Part shown: piece after piece, positions 27,075-35,745 of the stretch
Numbering within the stretch: position 1 is the stretch's first letter
How the letters are laid out: each line of letters starts with the position of its first letter
Assembly (NCBI GenBank): GCA_900553525.1
Contig: USDZ01000001.1
Span: forward strand, 1 to 40,683
Origin: an uncultured Oscillospiraceae bacterium
GTDB lineage: Bacteria > Bacillota > Clostridia > Oscillospirales > Acutalibacteraceae
Length of the DNA stretch: 40,683 nucleotides
Reading direction: 5' to 3'
Notes under the pieces: generated by a model
What the model saw: the letters and a program-made list of their open reading frames with translations, nothing else
Databases searched by the model: none
Told to the model about the DNA's origin: nothing
Made by a program: the position numbers and the translations under genes

Positions 27075-27422
27075 GTTACCCTAATATAAAAGAAGATTGG
27101 CCTCACGGGGCCCTCCCCCCTTTTAGGCCCCACCGCCATACTCGTCACTCTGGCTCTGTGCGTAATGCTGCGCTCTCTGTCCGCCCGGAAGCCGGAACGG
27201 AATTTCCGTGTGTTTATCTTTCATTTCTCGTATGGGAACTGGTTTTTCCTCCTGGACGCGCTTTTCTATAACTTAGGTGAAAAATTCTACCATTCCTGCC
27301 GTATGCGGCCTCATTCCGCCGGGAAAGAGCGGTTCGGCCTGGATTGGGGGCGTTAAAACACGGCGCTCATCATCGCTCCAAACAAAAAATCGGCACTATT
27401 TTAGAGAGAAGACACGATTTTT

Positions 27423-27448
27423 CCCCGGACCGGTTTGCCAGTCCGGGG
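27423..27448. other. Hairpin marking the left edge of the AT-richer LytTR/ABC segment
   Basis: CCCCGGAC-N10-GTCCGGGG, an 8-bp stem. Confidence 0.5.
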
Positions 27449-27496
27449 ATACATTTGTTCTAATCCTTTATATTTGTAAAAACTGTTCTCTTAGAT

Positions 27497-27525
27497 TTGA
27501 AATATATGGGCATTTCTGCTATTAT
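27497..27525 (+). promoter_or_regulatory. Putative sigma-70 promoter of the LytTR-kinase genes (TTGAAA-17-TATTAT)
   Basis: TTGAAA at 27497-27502, a 17-nt spacer, and TATTAT at 27520-27525. This implies a ~230-nt leader. Confidence 0.5.
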
Positions 27526-27765
27526 ATATGAGATAAACAAGGCGTATTTTTATGAGTATTGGTTATAAGTCGTTGTTTGAACGGGATATGGGAAAACCGG
27601 TCTTCTGCATGGGGTGGGAATGGCGTAAACCCCCTTGCAAAACTCGGTAAAAATGGGTCTGCTAAGCTCGTCCTGTCTATAAAAAGCCGCGGGGCTGCCG
27701 AATTGAAGAGGAAGTGGAATTGCTGGATGAATGAGTTGAAAAAATCAAAGGGCGGGAGAATCGCA

Positions 27766-28464
27766 ATGAGATATAAAATTGCCATCTGTGACGACATGGA
27801 ACAGGATATAAAATATCTGGACTCTCTTGTCAACAAATGGGCTGTTCGAGTCAAAGCCTCTGTCGACATTCGCACATTTCCGTCTGCGGAAACCTTTTTG
27901 TTTGATTATGCAGAACAGAAGGATTATGATATTTTGTTGCTGGATATTGAGATGAAGTCCATAAACGGCATGGAGCTTGCCAAAAAGATCCGTAAGGAGA
28001 ACGAGGCGGTGCAGATTATCTTTACTACGGGATATTCGGATTATATTGCCGAAGGTTATGAGGTCGCGGCGCTGCATTATTTGATGAAGCCTGTTTCTCC
28101 AGAAAAGCTGGAAAACGTTCTGAACCGTGCCACAATGCAAATCAAGAAAAACGAAAAATCACTGTTTCTTTCGCTATCAGGTGAAATGATTCGGATTCCG
28201 GTTTACGAGATCCAATATCTTGAGGTGCAGCAAAACTATGTGACGATCCATGCTAAGAAGGACTATACCATTAAAAAGACACTGGGTGAATTTGAGCGGG
28301 AGTTGGACGACCGGTTTTACCGCATGGGGCGGTCTTATCTTTTGAATCTCTCCTATATTGATAAAATTACGAAAAACCGTGTTTTCCTTTCGGATGGCTT
28401 GATCATCCCACTGCCCAGAGGGCAGTACGAACCATTGGTCAAAGCGTTTATTGCGCATACATAA
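27766..28464 (+). CDS. LytTR/AlgR family response regulator
   Basis: Receiver IAICDD...ILLLDIEM and a C-terminal LytTR domain (IPVYEIQYLEVQQNYVTIH...FYRMGRSYLLNL). ATG 27766 lies 8 nt after GGGAG. The ORF-track 5' extension looks non-coding. Confidence 0.9.
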   Translation: MRYKIAICDDMEQDIKYLDSLVNKWAVRVKASVDIRTFPSAETFLFDYAEQKDYDILLLDIEMKSINGMELAKKIRKENEAVQIIFTTGYSDYIAEGYEVAALHYLMKPVSPEKLENVLNRATMQIKKNEKSLFLSLSGEMIRIPVYEIQYLEVQQNYVTIHAKKDYTIKKTLGEFERELDDRFYRMGRSYLLNLSYIDKITKNRVFLSDGLIIPLPRGQYEPLVKAFIAHT

Positions 28465-28475
28465 CGGAGGCTGCT

Positions 28476-29138
28476 ATGAAATTTTTCTCGAAACAAATCG
28501 ATAAACGCCTTGCCGCCTATCAACGGGAATTGATTGAAACACATTATACAGAAGTTGAAAATATGTATAAGCAGATGCGCGGCTGGCGCCATGACTATCG
28601 AAATCATATTCAGGCCATGAAAGCCTATGCGGCCAGCGGAGATATGCAGGCAATCCAAACGTATCTGGACGAATTGGAAACCGATTTGTCCACGGTAGAT
28701 ACCGCTGTTAAAACGGGCAATCCGATGGCGGATGCGATCCTCAACAGCAAAATTTCTCTTGCAAAATCAAGAAATGTCCCGGTGAAGGCGGATGTGTTTA
28801 TTCCGCTTGCTCTGAAAACTTCGGAACTGGATTTATGCGTGATCATAGGAAATCTTTTCGATAATGCTATCGAAGCCAGCCTCGCGTTGCCGGAGGAAAA
28901 GCGTCTGATCCGCATCTATATGGATATGAAAAACACGCAGCTTTATATTTCTTTTACCAATTTCACGGCCACGAAAAAGCAAAGGAAACAGAACGGAAGA
29001 TTTCAGACAACCAAAGGAAACGGACACGGTTTCGGTTTAGTCAGAATGGATACCATTATTGAAAGGCTGGACGGATATATCAACCGGAACAGTGAGGACG
29101 GCGCTTTTACCACGGAAATTCTCATCCCGCAAACATGA
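28476..29138 (+). CDS. GHKL-domain sensor kinase of the AgrC/HPK10 type lacking any transmembrane segment (220 aa)
   Basis: H-box WRHDYRNHIQ at residue ~38, N-box IIGNLFDNAIEA and G-box GHGFGL. I see no hydrophobic span. RBS GGAGG. Confidence 0.85.
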   Translation: MKFFSKQIDKRLAAYQRELIETHYTEVENMYKQMRGWRHDYRNHIQAMKAYAASGDMQAIQTYLDELETDLSTVDTAVKTGNPMADAILNSKISLAKSRNVPVKADVFIPLALKTSELDLCVIIGNLFDNAIEASLALPEEKRLIRIYMDMKNTQLYISFTNFTATKKQRKQNGRFQTTKGNGHGFGLVRMDTIIERLDGYINRNSEDGAFTTEILIPQT

Positions 29139-29139
29139 T

Positions 29140-29169
29140 GCAGTTCGTCACCCGCAAACAACGATTCGT
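29140..29169 (+). promoter_or_regulatory. Candidate LytTR box: two 9-mers (GCAGTTCGT, ACGATTCGT) separated by 12 nt
   Basis: The 9-mers match the LytTR consensus [TA][AC][CA]GTTN[AG][TG] at 8/9 and 7/9 positions, with 21-bp start-to-start spacing. A TAAAAT -10 candidate lies at 29201-29206 with a poor -35. Confidence 0.45.
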
Positions 29170-29229
29170 CCCCAAAATACCATTTGGGAGCGTCGCATGA
29201 TAAAATGGGCAGTGAGAGGGGTGGAAATT

Positions 29230-31089
29230 TTGAAAAAAGAGAAAGAAAAAACCGCAAAGCCCAAATATAACATGTGGCAGTGTTCCGCGTACATGATAGC
29301 GCTTACGTGGCGCGAAAAAGAGAAAAAGGTTCTGGTTTTGTGCTCGTTGCAGGTTTTGCTTGCGGTGGCAAGCAATCTGGTTAACCTGTATGTTTCGCCG
29401 TCCATCCTGTCGGTTGTGGAACGGCGGGCTTCGTTTACGGAGTTAACCGTGACCCTTTTGCTGTTTGTTTTGCTGTTGATGCTTTGTTCGGCGGCGACTT
29501 CCTATGTGAATGCCAATACTTTATACGGAAGAATCACCGTCCGATTATCGGTGATCGCGGCATTAAACAAAAAAGCCTGCACTACCTCTTATCCCAATTT
29601 GACAGACGAAAAATTTATCAAGCTGGGATCCAAGTCGCAGCAGGCAGTAAACGGTAATCGAGCAGCCACCGAAGCCGTTTGGGAGACGCTCACATCCCTC
29701 ATGCAAAATATTATTGGTTTTGTTATTTACCTGTTTTTACTGGTGTCCCTGGATTTATGGCTGATGGTGGTCATTTTACTCACCGCTTTAGTAGGGTATT
29801 TTGTGAATAAAAAGCTGACCGGCTACGGATACCGGCATCGTGAAGAAGAGGGCGAAATATCCGCAAAACTATGGTATCAGACCGACCAGGCAAGAAATTA
29901 CTGCGCGGCAAAGGATATTCGGATTTTTGGCATGAAGCCGTGGATTCAGGAGATCACCGCCAAAGCGATGACAGCGTATACCGCTTTTCATCGCCGTGCG
30001 AACAACATATACATCTGGGGAAGTATCCTGGATTTGGTGCTGGCGTTTCTGCGAAACGGCCTTGCGTATGCCTTTTTGATCCATTCGGTACTGACAAGCG
30101 AATTGAGCGTATCCGCATTCCTCCTGTATTTCTCGGCGGTAAACGGCTTTACCGCGTGGGTAAGCGGTATTCTGGGCAGTATGACAACCCTGTATCGCCA
30201 AAGTCTCGACATTTCCACCGTAAGAGAATTTATCGAATATCCGGAGCCTTTCCGGTTTGAAGACGGGGAAGAATTATCGGCTTCTGCCGATACCCAACAT
30301 GAACTTACGCTTGAGCATGTGTTTTTTAAGTATCCGGGAGCAGAGGAGTATACTCTGGAGGATATCAATATTACAATTCATCCGGGAGAAAAAATTGCCG
30401 TTGTCGGACTCAACGGCGCGGGAAAAACCACGCTCGTCAAGCTCCTTTGCGGCTTTTTTGACCCGACGCGCGGAAGGGTTCTCCTGGACGGAAAGGACAT
30501 CCGAACTTATAACCGGCAGGATTATTACACGATGTTTTCGGCGGTTTTTCAGGATTTTTCGCTGCTGGCAGGAACCGTGGCCACCAATATCGCGCAAGCG
30601 GAAGAGAATCCGGATATGGAGCGCATAAAGGACTGTGTGGAAAAGGCCGGGCTTACCGCGAAAATTAATTCCTTGAAAGACGGCTACCAGACCTATTTAA
30701 ACCGTGTCGTTTATGAAGACGGGGCGGAATTGTCGGGTGGGGAAACACAACGGCTGATGCTGGCCCGCGCCCTTTACAAAAAAGCGCCGTTTATCATTCT
30801 GGATGAACCGACGGCCGCCCTTGACCCCATCGCGGAAGCGGATCTGTACAGCAAATATAACGACATGACACAGGGCTGTACGTCCGTTTACATTTCACAC
30901 CGCCTTGCTTCCACCCGCTTTTGTGATCGGATCCTGCTGATTAGCGATCATAAAATTGCGGAAGAAGGCACCCACGAGGAACTCTTGAAGCTTTCCGGTG
31001 AATATGCGCGGCTGTTTGCAATTCAGAGCAAATATTACCGAGAGGGGGATGTTTATGAAAAAGGAAAAGAAGCTGCCGACCTGGCGTGA
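29230..31089 (+). CDS. ABC exporter, fused permease/ATPase
   Basis: Walker A GLNGAGKTT, signature LSGGETQR, Walker B FIILDEPTAALD. I prefer TTG 29230 behind GAGAGGGGTGG: (L)KKEKEKTAKPKYNMW parallels MKKEKKLPTW of the partner gene. ATG 29197 is the alternative start. Confidence 0.85.
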   Translation: MKKEKEKTAKPKYNMWQCSAYMIALTWREKEKKVLVLCSLQVLLAVASNLVNLYVSPSILSVVERRASFTELTVTLLLFVLLLMLCSAATSYVNANTLYGRITVRLSVIAALNKKACTTSYPNLTDEKFIKLGSKSQQAVNGNRAATEAVWETLTSLMQNIIGFVIYLFLLVSLDLWLMVVILLTALVGYFVNKKLTGYGYRHREEEGEISAKLWYQTDQARNYCAAKDIRIFGMKPWIQEITAKAMTAYTAFHRRANNIYIWGSILDLVLAFLRNGLAYAFLIHSVLTSELSVSAFLLYFSAVNGFTAWVSGILGSMTTLYRQSLDISTVREFIEYPEPFRFEDGEELSASADTQHELTLEHVFFKYPGAEEYTLEDINITIHPGEKIAVVGLNGAGKTTLVKLLCGFFDPTRGRVLLDGKDIRTYNRQDYYTMFSAVFQDFSLLAGTVATNIAQAEENPDMERIKDCVEKAGLTAKINSLKDGYQTYLNRVVYEDGAELSGGETQRLMLARALYKKAPFIILDEPTAALDPIAEADLYSKYNDMTQGCTSVYISHRLASTRFCDRILLISDHKIAEEGTHEELLKLSGEYARLFAIQSKYYREGDVYEKGKEAADLA

Positions 31090-32935
31090 AACATGGAAGC
31101 TCAACCGGCGCGCTTTTTCTTTGATTTATAAGCGTTGCCCTCGGATGATTGTTTCCCGGCTCATGAGTATCATTTGGGATGCTCTGACTCCGTATGTCGA
31201 CATTTATCTTTCGGCCCTGTTGATCACGGAACTTACCGGAACCCGCAATCCTTCCGTACTTACCAGGCTTGTTCTGATTATTTTGTGTTCGGCGGCGGTT
31301 ATTTCACTGGTGGCCGCCTTTCTGCATAAATGGCGCGATACGGAATGTGCCGGTCTTTATTACAAGGTGCAGCTCATTTTTTCTGAAAAAACGATGAGTA
31401 TGGACTATGCGGATGCAGACGATGCCAAAACCCATGAACTGTATAATACCATTGAGCAAAACCGCAACGGCGGCGGGTGGGGACTAAACCGGGTATACGG
31501 TCATATTGAAGGGCTCCTTTCAGCATTTCTCACCTTATTTGGCGGGATTGCGTTGACAATCTCATTATTTACAAGCCGTGTGCCGGAATCCTCCGGCGGG
31601 TATACCATTCTGAATAGCCCCTTGTTTATTCTGCTGATGATTTCGGTTATGCTGGCCATTACCTATTTTGCTCCCCTGCTTTCCAATAAAGCCGGAAGTT
31701 ATTATGCGCTCCATTCCGACTCCCACAATTTAGGGAACCGTTTGTTTGGCTATTTCGGCTTTCTTGGCTATAAAAATAACTTGGCCGCCGATGTGCGGAT
31801 TTACAGACAGGATTTGATTTGCGATAAGTATGCCAAGGATAAGACCACAACATTTAATTCCAAAGGGATATTTGCCAAATTTGCGAAAGGGCCGATGGGT
31901 CTTTATCATGCGGCGTCATCAGCTGTATCGGTTCTATTTACAGGGGTGGTCTACGCCTTTGTGTGCTTGAAAGCCCTGGGCGGCGCATTTGGAATCGGCG
32001 CTGTTACGCAATATGTATCCGCTATCACGCGGCTTGCCGGAAGCATCGGCTCTTCGATTGGCATCATGGGAGAAATGCGGAATAACGCCTCTTTTCTCAA
32101 GCTGATCTTTGAATTTTTGGATATTCCCAACCGCATGTATCAAGGCAGTTTGACGGTAGAAAAACGCATGGATCGGGATTATGAAATTGAATTTTGCAAC
32201 GTTTCTTTTCAATATCCCGGGAGTGAAACTTTTGCACTGCAAAATGTTTCGATGAAATTCCGTATCGGGGAGCGCCTTGCGGTGGTCGGCATGAACGGGA
32301 GCGGGAAAACCACCTTTATTAAGCTGCTGTGCCGCTTGTATGATCCGACGGAAGGAGAGATTCTGCTCAACGGGATTAACATTAAAAAATATGATTACAA
32401 GGAATATATGTCCGTCTTTTCGGTGGTGTTTCAGGATTATCAGCTGTTTGCCTACGGTCTCGGTGAAAATGTAGCGACGAAAACCGATTACGATCCAACG
32501 TTAGTGAAACGGTGTTTAACAAATGCCGGATTTGAAGAACGGCTCAAAGAATTACCGGATGGTCTCAATACCTATCTGTATAAGTATTTTTACAAGCAAG
32601 GTATCGATATTTCGGGCGGTGAAGCGCAAAAGATTGCGCTGGCCAGAGCGCTGCATAAAGATGCACCGTTCATCATTTTGGATGAACCGACCGCCGCCCT
32701 CGATCCGGTCGCCGAATATGAGATATACTCGAAGTTCAACGAAATCGTAGAGGACAAAACCGCGGTTTATATCAGCCATCGGCTTTCCTCCTGCCGGTTT
32801 TGCGATACAATCGCCGTGTTTGATCATGGACATATTGTCCAACATGGAAGTCACGACGAGTTGATAGCGGATATAAACGGCAAGTATCATGAGCTTTGGA
32901 ACGCACAGGCGCAGTATTACGTATCCAACACGTAA
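31055..32935 (+). CDS. ABC exporter, fused permease/ATPase, partner of the previous gene
   Basis: Walker A GMNGSGKTT, signature ISGGEAQK, Walker B FIILDEPTAALD. ATG 31055 follows GAGGGGGA and overlaps the upstream gene by 35 nt. Confidence 0.9.
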   Translation: MKKEKKLPTWRETWKLNRRAFSLIYKRCPRMIVSRLMSIIWDALTPYVDIYLSALLITELTGTRNPSVLTRLVLIILCSAAVISLVAAFLHKWRDTECAGLYYKVQLIFSEKTMSMDYADADDAKTHELYNTIEQNRNGGGWGLNRVYGHIEGLLSAFLTLFGGIALTISLFTSRVPESSGGYTILNSPLFILLMISVMLAITYFAPLLSNKAGSYYALHSDSHNLGNRLFGYFGFLGYKNNLAADVRIYRQDLICDKYAKDKTTTFNSKGIFAKFAKGPMGLYHAASSAVSVLFTGVVYAFVCLKALGGAFGIGAVTQYVSAITRLAGSIGSSIGIMGEMRNNASFLKLIFEFLDIPNRMYQGSLTVEKRMDRDYEIEFCNVSFQYPGSETFALQNVSMKFRIGERLAVVGMNGSGKTTFIKLLCRLYDPTEGEILLNGINIKKYDYKEYMSVFSVVFQDYQLFAYGLGENVATKTDYDPTLVKRCLTNAGFEERLKELPDGLNTYLYKYFYKQGIDISGGEAQKIALARALHKDAPFIILDEPTAALDPVAEYEIYSKFNEIVEDKTAVYISHRLSSCRFCDTIAVFDHGHIVQHGSHDELIADINGKYHELWNAQAQYYVSNT

Positions 32936-32948
32936 CCACACAAAACGG

Positions 32949-32994
32949 CCGGCCCTCAGATTCGAGAGAATCCGAGGGCCGGTTGTGGTTTTTA
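32949..32994. terminator. Strong terminator between the convergent ABC and Gfo/Idh/MocA genes
   Basis: CCGGCCCTCAGATTC-gaga-GAATCCGAGGGCCGG (15-bp stem, one G.U pair) followed by TTGTGGTTTTTATT. Confidence 0.8.
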
Positions 32995-33107
32995 TTCCAC
33001 TTCTTCTTTGCTCGTTGTGCTGAAACAGCCGGCCTTGCATCCGGTTATCTTACGCAACAAGGCGGCCTATCCCCTTATCGTTTCCAAAGCCTGCAACGAT
33101 TTCCGAT

Positions 33108-34193
33108 TCAATCGAAGTAGACGGCTTTGCCGGTCTTGGATGAGGTATAGATCGCTTCCAGGATCTCCGTGACCACCAGCGCCTGCTCGGGCAGGACCAG
33201 AGGCTGGGTATCCTTGAGAATCGAGGTGATCCACTGGGAACACTCCAATTCGGAAGGATCGGCGGAAGAGGCTCCATCATAAAAGGCCACCCCACCGGCA
33301 TTCAGATCAACCTTTTCCACCACCTGGCGCCCCAAATGGATCCGATTGAAGCGCAGTCCGTCGATCATGTCTGCGCCGCCCTTGGTTCCGCACAAGGTTG
33401 TCTGGGCCTCCCGGACGTCGAGAAGGTTGATTGCCCAACTGGATTCCAGAATAATCGCAGCGCCGTTTTCCATCGTCACCATACCGAAAGCGGAATCTTC
33501 CACCGTGAACTCTTTCGGATCCCAGTCACCCCAAGCATTCCCGGTCTCCTTCTGATCACCGAGTTTTTTAAACGCCCGGCCGAGAACCGCCTTCGGCTTG
33601 TAATTGTTCATCATCCACAACGTGAGATCGAGCGCGTGGGTACCGATGTCGATCAGCGGGCCGCCTCCCTGCTCATATTCATTGAGGAAAACGCCCCAGG
33701 TAGGCACCGCGCGGCGCCGAATGGCGTGGGCCTTGGCAAAATAAATATCGCCGAGTTCCCCTTCTTCTGCCGCTCGTTTCATCAACAGGGAATCCGGACG
33801 GAAGCGGTTTTGATAACCGATGGTCAGCTTTTTCCCCGTCTTCTTCGCGGTTTCCAGCATCAACCGGGCGTCCGCCGCGGTTTTAGCCATCGGCTTCTCA
33901 CACATGACATGCTTGCCGGCCTCCAACGCCGCCACCGTGATCTCGCAGTGGGAACGATTGGGGGTGCAGACATGCACCACATCGATGGACTTATCCGCCA
34001 GAAGATCCCGATAATCCACATAAACTTTGGCGTCTGCAGTTCCATATGTAGCTTTTGCCGCTTCCGCCCGCTCCACAATCAGGTCACAGAAAGCAACCAT
34101 TTCCGCACGGTCAGCCTGCTTCTTCAAAGCGGGAAGATGCTTGCCGTTCGCAATGCCGCCGCAGCCGATTACACCTACTCTCAATTTTGCCAT
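33108..34193 (-). CDS. Gfo/Idh/MocA family oxidoreductase
   Basis: N-terminal Rossmann motif LRVGVIGCGGIANGKHLPAL and EKP motif CEKPMA. ATG 34193 follows GGAGGA. Confidence 0.9.
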   Translation of the reverse strand: MAKLRVGVIGCGGIANGKHLPALKKQADRAEMVAFCDLIVERAEAAKATYGTADAKVYVDYRDLLADKSIDVVHVCTPNRSHCEITVAALEAGKHVMCEKPMAKTAADARLMLETAKKTGKKLTIGYQNRFRPDSLLMKRAAEEGELGDIYFAKAHAIRRRAVPTWGVFLNEYEQGGGPLIDIGTHALDLTLWMMNNYKPKAVLGRAFKKLGDQKETGNAWGDWDPKEFTVEDSAFGMVTMENGAAIILESSWAINLLDVREAQTTLCGTKGGADMIDGLRFNRIHLGRQVVEKVDLNAGGVAFYDGASSADPSELECSQWITSILKDTQPLVLPEQALVVTEILEAIYTSSKTGKAVYFD

Positions 34194-34470
34194 CTTTGTT
34201 TCCTCCATTTCTTAAACACTGAAAAATGGGTAGCTTTTGCCCTTAACCAGCAGATTCAGCTTTATTATAGCGAGTTATCCAGGTCTCCGCAAGCCCTTTC
34301 TTTAATAGTTTACAAACTATATTTCACAGCTTGTCGGTAAACTAGTTGTTGGTACAGAACGGTATTCTTATGTCCACAGTTGGCACAGTAGCCGAAAACA
34401 GGCCGCCATTGCCCGTTTTTGTCCTGCGGCGACGCTGATGCCGGGTTTCCTGAATCTCCTTGGTTTTTCA

Positions 34471-34508
34471 TAAAAGAAAAGCGCAACCGTTTTTAGGGCG
34501 ATTGCGCT
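34471..34508 (-). terminator. Rho-independent terminator after the 405-aa membrane protein gene
   Basis: AGCGCAA-N15-TTGCGCT followed by TTTCTTTTAT on the minus strand. Confidence 0.65.
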
Positions 34509-34527
34509 TTATGAGCAAGCTGCTCAA

Positions 34528-35745
34528 TTATTCATTCAAACTGCCGTCCCATGTTGGCATGTTGGAGATATAAGCTCCATCCACTGCTGGCACATAGTAT
34601 GCCCCATAGGTTTTTAGCCCGTTTTCGCGTTCATCTTCCGGCAATTCGACATAGAAACGATAGTATGGCATAAAATATGCTTCTCGTTCCCCCGCTCGAT
34701 AACCAAGTTCAACTTTTTCAACATACTCTAATCCAGGCATTTCATAAGGGGCGGTGGTGATGTAATTTCCCTTTGACAGCAATTCCTTTGCTTGCTGCGA
34801 ATCAATAATGGGATAATCTCCAACTTTCATCGATAGATCCGGTTGATATATCCTTGCTAAAAATAGTTTTCCCTCATCGTCACAATAGAAAGTCACTCGA
34901 TTAAAATTATAATTGATAATCTGCTCCGCATCATTTCCACTTGCATCAAAAAACTCAATGGAATACATCTGCTGAGCGTAAATGGTATAGTCGCCACCAC
35001 AAATGTTCACCTGCGGATTTTCAATACCGATAAAATCTTTATATTCGGTTTTCAAATATTCAGCCACGGCCACTACATCTTCATAGGGCGCAAAGTGCGT
35101 AAAATTATACTTGTCGGGCAGGGATACTGCGGGTTCAAAAAAGACATTGGCTGTCATAGATTGATCAACTTCGATTACCAATCCCTCTGCTTCCATTATC
35201 AGTTTTGTTGGATCAAAGTATCCCTCGGGAATAGCCTCTTCCCCTATTTGCAGTTTCTCGCGAATCTTTTGTTTTGTTTCCTCGTCCGGTACATCATCGG
35301 TGATAGCGATTTCCTGTGTATCAAGCCCCAATCTGCTGGCAACTTCCAATAAAAACTCCCGCATTTTATCAAAGTCAGCTCCTGATGCAATATGGTTTGC
35401 ATCGTAGGTCAGCGGGTTTTGGTAGACTGGCAGCGTGGATAACTCTAAATCCTCGTTCCAAGGATTTGCGTTCACAAGTTCTGAAACGTCATAAGCCATG
35501 TACCCCTCAAAACCCATTCCGCCGCTTGTATCTTCCGAAATAGAAAGCATAGAAAGATTATGGATATTCCCCGGCGATTCTTGTATAAAAAGCCTTGTTC
35601 CTGCGTGGATCATTATGGCAAATCCGGCGGCAATCGCGCCCCACTTAACCCAACCATTGTTCCTCTTTTTCGGGTTAGCGTCTGCTGCTTCAATAAAAGC
35701 AGGATCGACAAGCTCCATCTTATCTAAAAATTCGGCTCCTCTCAT
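34528..35745 (-). CDS. Membrane-anchored protein of unknown function, translationally coupled to the sigma factor (putative anti-sigma/co-factor)
   Basis: A ~30-aa cytoplasmic N-terminus (FLDKMELVDPAFIEAAD), one TM (WVKWGAIAAGFAIMIHAGTRLF), then ~350 extracytoplasmic residues in which I recognise no domain. The ATGA overlaps the sigma stop. Confidence 0.8.
   Translation of the reverse strand: MRGAEFLDKMELVDPAFIEAADANPKKRNNGWVKWGAIAAGFAIMIHAGTRLFIQESPGNIHNLSMLSISEDTSGGMGFEGYMAYDVSELVNANPWNEDLELSTLPVYQNPLTYDANHIASGADFDKMREFLLEVASRLGLDTQEIAITDDVPDEETKQKIREKLQIGEEAIPEGYFDPTKLIMEAEGLVIEVDQSMTANVFFEPAVSLPDKYNFTHFAPYEDVVAVAEYLKTEYKDFIGIENPQVNICGGDYTIYAQQMYSIEFFDASGNDAEQIINYNFNRVTFYCDDEGKLFLARIYQPDLSMKVGDYPIIDSQQAKELLSKGNYITTAPYEMPGLEYVEKVELGYRAGEREAYFMPYYRFYVELPEDERENGLKTYGAYYVPAVDGAYISNMPTWDGSLNE

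Noticed and set aside
27559-27765. The 5' extension of the LytTR regulator ORF (the track starts at 27559)
   Set aside because: The extension (MVISRCLNGIWENRSSAWGG...) has no receiver-domain similarity. A good RBS precedes ATG 27766, where the canonical receiver N-terminus MRYKIAICDD begins.
33336-34340. 334-aa plus-strand ORF
   Set aside because: It is antisense to the Gfo/Idh/MocA oxidoreductase and has no motifs.
34310-34471. 53-codon minus-strand ORF with a single CANCG motif (MKNQGDSGNPASASPQDKNGQWRPVFGYCANCGHKN...)
   Set aside because: Its ATG lies inside the U-tract of the upstream terminator, with no Shine-Dalgarno sequence. It has only one CxxC pair. It also overlaps the promoter region (TTGCGG-17-TATAAT) and the 7-bp inverted repeat ATAGTTT-ac-AAACTAT of the Gfo/Idh/MocA gene. 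It is more likely non-coding.
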